From a virus (lineage: Duplodnaviria > Caudoviricetes): 64,000 nucleotides of DNA. Under the pieces are notes generated by a model. The model was not told the DNA's origin, ran no database searches, and was given only the letters and a program-made list of their open reading frames with translations. Every line of letters begins with the position of its first letter. Within the stretch, counting starts at the first letter, position 1. The DNA lies in IMG/VR virus record IMGVR_UViG_3300025018_000091; one strand, 5' to 3'. Below are positions 55,855 through 64,000 of the stretch, in pieces. A program made the position numbers and the translations under genes.

Positions 55855-56829
55855 ATGACAACCACCTATCCAGCAGCATTAGACACTAATACAACTTTAC
55901 CTAAAGTTACCGATAATTTAACTCCAGTTTCTGGATCTGTATATAATCGTTTACAAGAGGCAGTTATTAGAGTAGAATATGAATTAGGCGTTAAACCTAG
56001 CGGAACTTATTCAACCGTTCGAGCAAGATTAGATGCACTTGAAGGTATTCTTGCAAAACTAAATCTAAACCTTCAATTTGGTGGAGATATCGAAGCTCAA
56101 ACAGATCCTACTATTCAACATGTCATCGGTATTAGAGGCGAGACAATTTTAAATAATTTGTCAAAATCAGTTGGAGGATCATTAAGATGGGATGGTAGTT
56201 ATTGGAATCAGGTACAATTATATATGGACGATATATTACCTCCATTTTATGTAGAAATGAATGGACCTCCAATGCAAGAAGTAAATCAATGGCTATCATA
56301 TCCTACATTTTATGGCACATATAATTTTGAACCTCCCACTTCTATTACATTAACCGATACTGAAGGACACTCACAAATAATACCAATAGTTGATAGGGCT
56401 TTATTTTATAGTGATTATGAATTTCAAAAAACAGCATTTGATGGATACGTAACTTTTACATTAACAGCAGAACATCATCAAATAGAAAAAAGCTTTGACT
56501 ATACAGTATACTGGGGACAAAAACTTTTTTGGGGTGTTGGTCCTGCTGGTTATACTACAGCATCTGATATTACAACCAATTTAGATGGTTACGTTACAAA
56601 TAGTATTGCTTATAATTTTACTGCAACTGCAGGAGCATCTGAAAAAATCTATTTTGCATGTAGAACAGCATATGGCGCAGCAACTTTTTATGTTGGGGGA
56701 TTTGAAGGTGGGTTTACTTTAGTTAGCGATACAATCTCCATAACAAATGATTATGGATTTACTGAAAATTATGCGCTTTATGAAAGTGATAATCTTGGAT
56801 TAGGTACTACTACCGTTACAGTGAGCTAA
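55855..56829 (+). CDS. virion structural protein
   Basis: N-terminal YP..LD...LP similar to the 54563 N-terminus; C-terminal [10 protein letters not shown]...N.YG...Y..YES.NLGLG. Confidence 0.7.
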   Translation: MTTTYPAALDTNTTLPKVTDNLTPVSGSVYNRLQEAVIRVEYELGVKPSGTYSTVRARLDALEGILAKLNLNLQFGGDIEAQTDPTIQHVIGIRGETILNNLSKSVGGSLRWDGSYWNQVQLYMDDILPPFYVEMNGPPMQEVNQWLSYPTFYGTYNFEPPTSITLTDTEGHSQIIPIVDRALFYSDYEFQKTAFDGYVTFTLTAEHHQIEKSFDYTVYWGQKLFWGVGPAGYTTASDITTNLDGYVTNSIAYNFTATAGASEKIYFACRTAYGAATFYVGGFEGGFTLVSDTISITNDYGFTENYALYESDNLGLGTTTVTVS

Positions 56830-56837
56830 AGGACAAT

Positions 56838-58043
56838 ATGACATCTAGATATTTAACTTGGACGGGATCAGACTGGGGCTTAGCTGAAAGCGGTGGCGGC
56901 GGTGGCGGAACTGGTACAATTGGACCTATTGGTCCTGCTGGTCCTACTGGAGCTACTGGTGCTACTGGAGCTACTGGAGCCGCTGGAGATACAGGCGCAA
57001 CTGGAGCCACTGGTGCTACTGGCGCTACTGGAGCTGCTGGTAGTATAGGATCAACAGGCGCTAGAGGTCCTACCGGAAATACTGGACCAACCGGACCAAC
57101 CGGACCAATTGTAGAACATAATTTATTAACATCAATACAAGGCGGTTCTGTAGCAGATGGATATTATCATTTAACTAATAGTGAACATGGCTGGTTAACA
57201 GATGGATATGTAGATGGATATTGGAATGTAGATAAAGGAGCAATTGGAATAACTGTTTATAATCCTGGAGATATAATTTATGCTAGTGCAGAAGATATAT
57301 TAAGTAAAATATCTATTGGCAATGAAGGCGAAACATTAATATCATCAGCAGGATTTCCAGTATGGGGATTTCCTACTCATAGTTTATTATCATCATTAGA
57401 GGGCGGTTCTGGAATTGATGGTTATTATCATTTAACCAACAATGAACACACTTGGTTAACAGCAGGTTATACTGCTGGTAAATGGGCTGAAAATAAAGGT
57501 GGAACAAACCAAACCACATATACTATTGGTGATTTATTATATGCCAGTGCATCTAATACATTAAGTAAATTATCAGCATCAATAGATGGTTATATTCTTA
57601 AACTAGCATCTGGAATTCCTTCATGGGATATCCATACAAATACATTAACTCAAGTAACTGTTGGAAAAGATGGTTATATTACACCTGCTTCTGATGGATA
57701 TCTAACATCTAAGTTTACAGAAGTTAATACAGAAGGATTCCCAGCATATGTGGCTAATACAACCTGCTACATTAAAAATTTTACAATTACAATGAGTGAT
57801 GTAATGTTAGCAGGACAAACAGTAGTTATTACAATAAGAAAAAACAATGTGGATACTATACTTACATTAACATTAGATAATGCAACTCCTTTGAATTCTG
57901 CGGTAACATTGCGAATAGAACAGGATATTACAAATTCTGTATCATTAGTTAATGGTGATAAAGTAACGGTTAAATATGTAGCATCTGGCACGGCTGATGC
58001 TCAAGATATTTTTGTTACTTTTGATATATTGAAGACAGTATAA
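56838..58043 (+). CDS. collagen-like tail fibre protein
   Basis: GATGATG repeats plus two GD(I/L)(I/L)YAS...LSK(I/L) fibre repeats. Confidence 0.8.
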   Translation: MTSRYLTWTGSDWGLAESGGGGGGTGTIGPIGPAGPTGATGATGATGAAGDTGATGATGATGATGAAGSIGSTGARGPTGNTGPTGPTGPIVEHNLLTSIQGGSVADGYYHLTNSEHGWLTDGYVDGYWNVDKGAIGITVYNPGDIIYASAEDILSKISIGNEGETLISSAGFPVWGFPTHSLLSSLEGGSGIDGYYHLTNNEHTWLTAGYTAGKWAENKGGTNQTTYTIGDLLYASASNTLSKLSASIDGYILKLASGIPSWDIHTNTLTQVTVGKDGYITPASDGYLTSKFTEVNTEGFPAYVANTTCYIKNFTITMSDVMLAGQTVVITIRKNNVDTILTLTLDNATPLNSAVTLRIEQDITNSVSLVNGDKVTVKYVASGTADAQDIFVTFDILKTV

Positions 58044-58056
58044 GGCTAATAATAAA

Positions 58057-58617
58057 ATGCCAATCAATCTAATCTCTAAAATAAAGTCAAAAAATGATGG
58101 GTCATTTCCTACTATTGAAGATGTAGATATATATGGCGGTTATCAAGTACGTAGTGATATTGCTGATCGTAATAGTATTCCTTCTTTAAATAGAAAAGAA
58201 GGAATGATGGTTTTTGTACAAGATGATAGCAAATATTATACTTTAAGTGGAGGCTTAACTGATGGATATTGGACAGAAATATCTTTTGGTGGCGGAAGCT
58301 CTATGGCATATGTATTAATAGAAGATGAAGATAGATTAGTTGAATCTGGAGTAAGTGAATTAATCGTATCGGCTAATACTGATTCTGTAACAAGGACTAT
58401 TACATTACCAGCTACGCCTACTGATGGTCAAGAAATAATAATAATACGTCAGGCAGAATATGCTAATGGCACGCTTATTATTGATCTAAATGATTCGTTA
58501 ATAGATTATATAATATCAAGTTGGGGATTTAATTCTTTTACTGATTCAGAATTACATTTGATATATTATGGAGATGTATGGTTACATATCTATAGCAGAA
58601 CTGAGTCTTATGGCTAA
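58057..58617 (+). CDS. tail/baseplate module, paralog 1 of 3
   Basis: MPINLISKIK.KNDG.FP..ED.D..GGYQVRS; ITLPATPTDGQEI. Confidence 0.8.
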   Translation: MPINLISKIKSKNDGSFPTIEDVDIYGGYQVRSDIADRNSIPSLNRKEGMMVFVQDDSKYYTLSGGLTDGYWTEISFGGGSSMAYVLIEDEDRLVESGVSELIVSANTDSVTRTITLPATPTDGQEIIIIRQAEYANGTLIIDLNDSLIDYIISSWGFNSFTDSELHLIYYGDVWLHIYSRTESYG

Positions 58618-58632
58618 TATGTGGAGATTTAA

Positions 58633-59250
58633 ATGCCTATAAATATAATTTCATTATTGAAACCTAAAAATGATGGCGAATTTCCCATTGCTGAGGATGT
58701 TGATGGATATGGTGGATATCAGGTAAGATCAGATATTACAGATAGAAATCTTATACCAGAGTTAAACAGAATAGAGGGTATGTTAGTATATGTTCAATCA
58801 GATGCTAAATACTATACTTTATCTGGAGGAATAACTAATTCTGATTGGATAGAAGTAACTTTAGGGGGCGGTTCTACAACCACAAGAGAGATTGTTGTTT
58901 TAACTGAACCAACTACATATAATGTTCCCTCTGGAGTAAATCAATTTATTATTAATACATATGTACCAACTCTGGATGATCCTAGTGGAGTAGTAACTAC
59001 AGTTGCACTACCTAGTGATCCAACAGATTTGCAAGAAATTATAGTTAAAACTACAAATGCTTCTGGAAAAAATTATTGGGTTATTGATGTTAATGGTGGA
59101 ATCAATAATATTGACAATGGTAATGCTGATTTTGGAAGCCCATCTAATTCTTATCCATGGATTATATATAGTAATTATTGTTTAAAAATAAGGTGGACGG
59201 GATCAATATGGAGTGTTATCACATTTACATCTCTCACTATTCCAAAGTAA
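58633..59250 (+). CDS. tail/baseplate module, paralog 2 of 3
   Basis: Same N-terminal domain; VALPSDPTDLQEIIVK. Confidence 0.8.
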   Translation: MPINIISLLKPKNDGEFPIAEDVDGYGGYQVRSDITDRNLIPELNRIEGMLVYVQSDAKYYTLSGGITNSDWIEVTLGGGSTTTREIVVLTEPTTYNVPSGVNQFIINTYVPTLDDPSGVVTTVALPSDPTDLQEIIVKTTNASGKNYWVIDVNGGINNIDNGNADFGSPSNSYPWIIYSNYCLKIRWTGSIWSVITFTSLTIPK

Positions 59251-59263
59251 AATAGGACATTAA

Positions 59264-59845
59264 ATGCCAATCAATATAATATCTAAAATAAAGCCCAAAA
59301 ATGATGGTTTGTTTCCTACATTTGAAGATCGAGATATATTTGGTGGTTATCAAGTACGTAGTAATTCTACTGATCGCAATAATATACCAGCTTTAAATAG
59401 AAAAGAAGGCATGTTAGTTTACACACAAGATGATGATAAATATTATACTTTAAATGGTGGGCTAACTGATGGATATTGGACAGAAGTAGTATTTGGTGGC
59501 GGTGGTGGATCAGATTTTACATTAGTTCATACAGGTATAAGTTATCAAATAGTTGATACAACAAATCAGTTTATATCTGTAGAATCATTTTTAGGATTTG
59601 CTTTAACAATAACATTACCTTTAAATCCTGCTAATGGTCAAGAAGTCATTGTAAAAGATACTGATGGTGTTTGTAGTTCATTTTCTGAAATATCAATTGA
59701 AATATATGGTAATGGACATGATATAATTATTCCTTTTGAATATCGTTATTTGTGGAATGCATATGAATGCATTCATATTAAATATAATAGTACATTAGAT
59801 TTGTGGGGATTAGTAAGTGATTGGTATCCTATTATACAATCATAA
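59264..59845 (+). CDS. tail/baseplate module, paralog 3 of 3
   Basis: Same N-terminal domain; ITLPLNPANGQEVIVKDTDG. Confidence 0.8.
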   Translation: MPINIISKIKPKNDGLFPTFEDRDIFGGYQVRSNSTDRNNIPALNRKEGMLVYTQDDDKYYTLNGGLTDGYWTEVVFGGGGGSDFTLVHTGISYQIVDTTNQFISVESFLGFALTITLPLNPANGQEVIVKDTDGVCSSFSEISIEIYGNGHDIIIPFEYRYLWNAYECIHIKYNSTLDLWGLVSDWYPIIQS

Positions 59846-60910
59846 TTCACAAAATTGTAGATTGTCTAATATTCTACTTTTTTCATTATCTGGCAACATA
59901 CCACTCTTTAATAATGCATTATTTAAAGTAGCTGCTTCTTGTTTTTTACCAATCCAATAAGCAGCAACAGCTAATTCATCTATAATCTTCCAATCATAAC
60001 AAGCCGTTTCTAAAAACAAAGCGTCCTTAGGTTTAGCTATATTACATCCAATCTTAGCATAAAAATATGACTTATGAAGTCTATCAAATCTTCTACAATA
60101 TGAACACAAATAAGACAACGCCTCAACTCTATTTGGTTGATAATTAAAAGCTTCTAGATAAGCGGATTCAATTCTTAATGCATCATGAGTATATAATGAT
60201 TCATGTAGCTTGGCTGCCTCTAATAATGATACATATATCTCTTCTATCCAGCCACCCATTTTACTGCGCTGTAGATACAATTTTAAAGATTCTTCCTTCT
60301 TTCCGGCGTCCCTGTAGCTCTGCGCCGCGTAGAAGACATAGCGGGAGTTATTTGGCTCGACAATCAATGCTTTATCGAACGTCATGGCATCCTTAAGATA
60401 CTTTTGAGGATCATTAGATCGAGACCCGTTAGCTCCAAATATAATCTTACATCCAACCAATGGTTTTGATACAATATTTATTGGCAATTCTAAATATTCA
60501 TGTAGAACACCAACATATTTAGATTTTAATTTACTACTAAATAATTGAGTTCTACTATATACAATTGGACCGTGATTAAACTCGATAGTATAAGCTGATT
60601 TTGTGAGGTTTTTAAATACATTGATATTATTTACAGCCAAATAGTCATCAGCATCCATAACTAATATATAATCTGCTTTTGGCTTTGCTAATTGTAATGC
60701 TTTATTTCTATTGGTAGAGAAGTCTTCCCATTCATGTTTATGAAGTTCACCGGGGATGTCTTTTAAACATTTTTGGATTACTTCTTCTGTGTTGTCTGTA
60801 GAGCCTGTGTCGCATATAATCCAATAGTCAATAAAAGGCTTAACAGAATTGAGGCACCTTTCAATACAGTGTGCCTCATTCTTAACAATCATAGATAAAC
60901 ATACCGTCAT
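59840..60910 (-). CDS. family 2 glycosyltransferase with TPR repeats
   Basis: CLSMIVKNEAHCIERCLNSV..IDYWIICDTGSTD, DADD, VLHE; C-terminal TPR-like YAAQSYRDAG. Confidence 0.9.
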   Translation of the reverse strand: MTVCLSMIVKNEAHCIERCLNSVKPFIDYWIICDTGSTDNTEEVIQKCLKDIPGELHKHEWEDFSTNRNKALQLAKPKADYILVMDADDYLAVNNINVFKNLTKSAYTIEFNHGPIVYSRTQLFSSKLKSKYVGVLHEYLELPINIVSKPLVGCKIIFGANGSRSNDPQKYLKDAMTFDKALIVEPNNSRYVFYAAQSYRDAGKKEESLKLYLQRSKMGGWIEEIYVSLLEAAKLHESLYTHDALRIESAYLEAFNYQPNRVEALSYLCSYCRRFDRLHKSYFYAKIGCNIAKPKDALFLETACYDWKIIDELAVAAYWIGKKQEAATLNNALLKSGMLPDNEKSRILDNLQFCEL

Positions 60911-60930
60911 GTACACTTATATATCAGACG

Positions 60931-61233
60931 TTATTCTTCCCACACACCAATAATAGTAATTCCTTCTACTGGATCTCCGCTAGGCGGTATTGGGCTTGGA
61001 GATCCAGTAGACGTCCATATTTCATAACTTAAAGTTACTGTATTCCAAGCTCTCATACGATAATGATATTGTGTTCCAATTGGTACAGCATAGAATTTCC
61101 AATTACCTTTTGCTCCAACATATTTAGTTCCGCTTGCAAATGGATCAGTAGGTATTGCCAATCCACCTCTAACTAAAGAGTAGTTTTCGCTATAAAAAGG
61201 TAACGAAAAATAATATCCATCTTCAGAAACCAT
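60931..61233 (-). CDS. small virion-associated hypothetical protein
   Basis: Start MVSEDGY coupled (TAATG) to the upstream stop. Confidence 0.6.
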   Translation of the reverse strand: MVSEDGYYFSLPFYSENYSLVRGGLAIPTDPFASGTKYVGAKGNWKFYAVPIGTQYHYRMRAWNTVTLSYEIWTSTGSPSPIPPSGDPVEGITIIGVWEE

Positions 61234-62189
61234 TATGCAGTCTCCGGTGCAGTTCCATTCCAAGGAAATATTATATGTCCAAATTGAACAAATTGATATG
61301 ATAAATCAGCAGGAAATGCAGTACCAACAGCTACTGCTGTACTTCCCCACCATAAATCATATATAGAACCTTTTCTTCCTCTATGAGTTCCCACTGTATT
61401 AAGAAGACCCATTGGCATAATTGGCCATTCTCCAGTATCATCATCTTGAGAAATTAAATATTCTCCAACCATTGATGTTAAAGCACCTTCACAAGTAACA
61501 TACATTCCTATTAAATCTCCAGAGACCTCTCCATATATAGTTGCTGTATCATTCCACCAAGCATATTGTGTCGCATTTGCATCGCCGGCGCGTGCGCCCC
61601 AAATACCAGTGGTAAAACCAGTAGTTGGACTACTCGGCATATCAAATAACCAAAATAATTGGCATACATTTGCTACTGTTGTTAATATGCGAGTACATTC
61701 ACCATCACTAGAGTGCATCACATGAAGTTTACCGGTATATACTGACGAATGAACAAAAGCTGCTGAATATACTTGGTGTTGGTCTCCTGCTGTTGGGGGT
61801 GATGCAGCAACACCATCTGTACCTGTACCACCAGAACCTATGGCTCCAAACTCACCATTTGGAGATACTATAATACGAACATAATTTGTTTGTGTATTAT
61901 TGTACATATAAAAACAAACTTGCATACTGGTAACTAAATTTTCTAATACAATCCATCGATTACCAGTACCTATTGCTGTAGTATCTGTCCAACGGTCAAC
62001 ACCATCATTATTTCCAACAAAATTTCCAGTAGCACTACTACCCCATACTACCCATGGATTAAGTACGAAATTTTTCATACTATTTTTAATGGCAAGTATT
62101 ATATTTCGTCCGGTATCGGTAGCTGCTGATCCACTAAATAATTGATTAACATCATATTGCCAAGTTTTTACTTTTGGAGGTAAAGCCAT
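61233..62189 (-). CDS. putative virion structural protein; paralog of 16872-17768
   Basis: KTWQYDVN..., DGVDRW...RWIVL, C-terminal IIFPWNG. Confidence 0.7.
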   Translation of the reverse strand: MALPPKVKTWQYDVNQLFSGSAATDTGRNIILAIKNSMKNFVLNPWVVWGSSATGNFVGNNDGVDRWTDTTAIGTGNRWIVLENLVTSMQVCFYMYNNTQTNYVRIIVSPNGEFGAIGSGGTGTDGVAASPPTAGDQHQVYSAAFVHSSVYTGKLHVMHSSDGECTRILTTVANVCQLFWLFDMPSSPTTGFTTGIWGARAGDANATQYAWWNDTATIYGEVSGDLIGMYVTCEGALTSMVGEYLISQDDDTGEWPIMPMGLLNTVGTHRGRKGSIYDLWWGSTAVAVGTAFPADLSYQFVQFGHIIFPWNGTAPETA

Positions 62190-62193
62190 TTTA

Positions 62194-64000
62194 TTATCCT
62201 TCTATTATTATTTGTGCTGACTTACATGTTACAATATTCCCACCACCAGAATTTGCAATCCATAAACGAACTTCAAAAACTCCAACCACAGTTCCGGCAA
62301 AAGCAGCAGTAATATCTGTTTCAATCATACTTGGTATTAATTGACTGGATGCACCAGTATTATCAATTTGTGACCCAGATACTTGAGCAGTTCCACTAAT
62401 ATCATATAAATCTGCTGTTGCTGCATAAGTTGCAGTAGCATTTGTTGATTCTAATATACAACGAAATTTTACCGTTCTAGTTGTTGGCCATTGCGATGTA
62501 TCAACATAACAAGCGCCAATTGCAGTAGCAATTCCTGTAGAATCTGTAGCCAATCCCTTCAATAAATCCATTTCAATTGGGAAATTGCTACCGCTTGCAA
62601 CATTTGGAATCCAAGCGGGGACTCCAGATGCTAAAGCTAATACATAGCCATCATCTGATGCTGGTAATGCTGCTAAAATATTAGTATTGGAAGCATATAA
62701 TATATCTCCAACATTATAAGATGTTAATCCCGTTCCACCTTGAGCTGTGTGCCAATAACCATCTAAATAATTATCACTAAGGGCATTTAACATAGCTGCT
62801 GTAACATAGCCATCAACATGTGAGCCATCAATAGCGAAATTATTTGCGGAAGTAACAGAACCGCCAGGTAAATCTATATATGCACCATTCTCAGCCTTTA
62901 AGTAAGGCTCGGCACCCATTAGATTAACATATAGTTTCTGAAGACCATCAAAATAAATATGTTCAGCTTGGTTATTATTATCAAATACTATATTATCATA
63001 ACCATCAGTTCCAATCAGATGAATATCATTACTATTAGCTGCATTTCTAGCACTTAATGCAGTTAAATTATTTGGAACTCTTAATACACCAGATTGTGCG
63101 GGTGCAAGTCCAATATCAAAATAAGCGCCATTAATATCTACATTAAAATTTCCATATGATACTAATCCATATTGAAATACTATCGCTCCGCTTTGATTAC
63201 TTGGAATTCCAGCACCAGATGATAGATATAAATTTCCACCATAACCAGAAGATAATGAACTTCCAGCAATTATTGATAATACGCCACCATAGCCAACACT
63301 AGCATTACCAGCATATATTGATAACGCTCCACCGTTACCAATATTTACAGAATCTCCTGCGGCTATATTAAAAGAACCACCATCAGCCCCAATACCATTA
63401 GCATCTTGTGCATTAATTGTTAATAGTTGCCCTGAACCAGATGTTTGTAATACTTGTGAAATAACGGGGGTTACAGTATCTTTATCAAAAGTTAGATTAG
63501 ATGTATAAAATAATGTGCTAGTATCAAGTATGTGTATCTTAGGGTTAATGCCATTTTTAATTTGAACATAACCATCAGCAGTAGTTCCGCTTCCAGATCC
63601 AAGAATTAATGCTCCGCCAGTAGATCCACCAAAAGATGAAGTTTGCGCCAGTATTGTTAATGTTTGACCATTTCCAGTAGCCTGTGTTGTTTGGAAAATA
63701 CTTGGATTATTTACATCTTCATGAAATCTAACAAAACTTAGTCCAACTTCTAATTGTGGAATATCATTTACTTCGAAGGAATGAATATATCCATCTCCGA
63801 CATTGTGAGTAATACCTTCATTGGATAAATCACCAATAAGAATAAGATCTCCAAGAGTTTCTATTAGATTAAGGTTTCCAGAATCAAGATCATTTCTTAC
63901 ATGAATTCCTTCTGTATTTTGTAATCTAATAAATCCAGTAGTTGACGCGCCTGTTAATCCATGAGATATACTATCTTCAACTAACAAATCATTAGCAATA
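62194..64000 (-). CDS. large tail-fibre-like protein (partial, frame open to right edge)
   Basis: Gly-rich GG.L.I.AG repeats, GGTGLTSYNVGDILYAS fibre repeat. Confidence 0.75.
   Translation of the reverse strand, partial: IANDLLVEDSISHGLTGASTTGFIRLQNTEGIHVRNDLDSGNLNLIETLGDLILIGDLSNEGITHNVGDGYIHSFEVNDIPQLEVGLSFVRFHEDVNNPSIFQTTQATGNGQTLTILAQTSSFGGSTGGALILGSGSGTTADGYVQIKNGINPKIHILDTSTLFYTSNLTFDKDTVTPVISQVLQTSGSGQLLTINAQDANGIGADGGSFNIAAGDSVNIGNGGALSIYAGNASVGYGGVLSIIAGSSLSSGYGGNLYLSSGAGIPSNQSGAIVFQYGLVSYGNFNVDINGAYFDIGLAPAQSGVLRVPNNLTALSARNAANSNDIHLIGTDGYDNIVFDNNNQAEHIYFDGLQKLYVNLMGAEPYLKAENGAYIDLPGGSVTSANNFAIDGSHVDGYVTAAMLNALSDNYLDGYWHTAQGGTGLTSYNVGDILYASNTNILAALPASDDGYVLALASGVPAWIPNVASGSNFPIEMDLLKGLATDSTGIATAIGACYVDTSQWPTTRTVKFRCILESTNATATYAATADLYDISGTAQVSGSQIDNTGASSQLIPSMIETDITAAFAGTVVGVFEVRLWIANSGGGNIVTCKSAQIIIEG

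Noticed and set aside
55491-57010. Ala/Pro-rich ORFs 55491-55799 and 56816-57010
   Set aside because: They are antisense readings of the collagen-like G-X-Y repeats.
58057-59845. Diversity-generating retroelement acting on tail genes
   Set aside because: No reverse transcriptase and no TR/VR pair differing only at adenines were seen; divergence is general.

Overview
The window looks like 64 kb of a jumbo (large) tailed dsDNA phage genome read in the standard genetic code, in three blocks. (1) 1-15.5 kb: GC-richer, all genes on the minus strand, typical of an early or host-takeover region. It holds small hypothetical genes, an HNH nuclease, two bL12-CTD-like proteins, winged-helix-like proteins and one canonical tRNA-Lys(UUU). 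It also holds five or six aberrant tRNA-like elements, 15 copies of a 21-bp GCCCC-N11-GGGGC hairpin (usually about 40 nt upstream of a start codon) and clusters of sigma54-type (-24/-12) motifs. (2) After an abrupt composition and skew switch at about 15.5-16.1 kb, an AT-rich block (17.8-34.5 kb) is dominated by 29 divergent, translationally coupled small proteins. Nearly all start with CxxC and all end in a shared tail, K-[LIV]-K-x4-F-[S/L/I/A/T]-COOH. Three more plus-strand proteins carry a variant of the tail. Release factor 2, a papain-like protease and a kinase-like protein are interspersed. (3) 34.7-64 kb: probable virion proteins with a shared N-terminal propeptide; nucleotide metabolism (dut, HD nucleotidase, GMP reductase/IMPDH-like, thyA, folA); IF-1; a SET-domain protein; two DnaQ-like exonucleases; M23 peptidase; macro-like, HAD and glycosyltransferase genes; a GIY-YIG endonuclease; an FAD oxidoreductase; and a tail-fibre/collagen-like structural module. 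The strongest candidates for undescribed systems are the C-terminally tagged zinc-knuckle protein library, the sigma54 plus hairpin-cassette early regulatory architecture, and the set of anticodon-arm-remodelled tRNA-like RNAs. All functional calls come from motif recognition by eye; no database searches were run.
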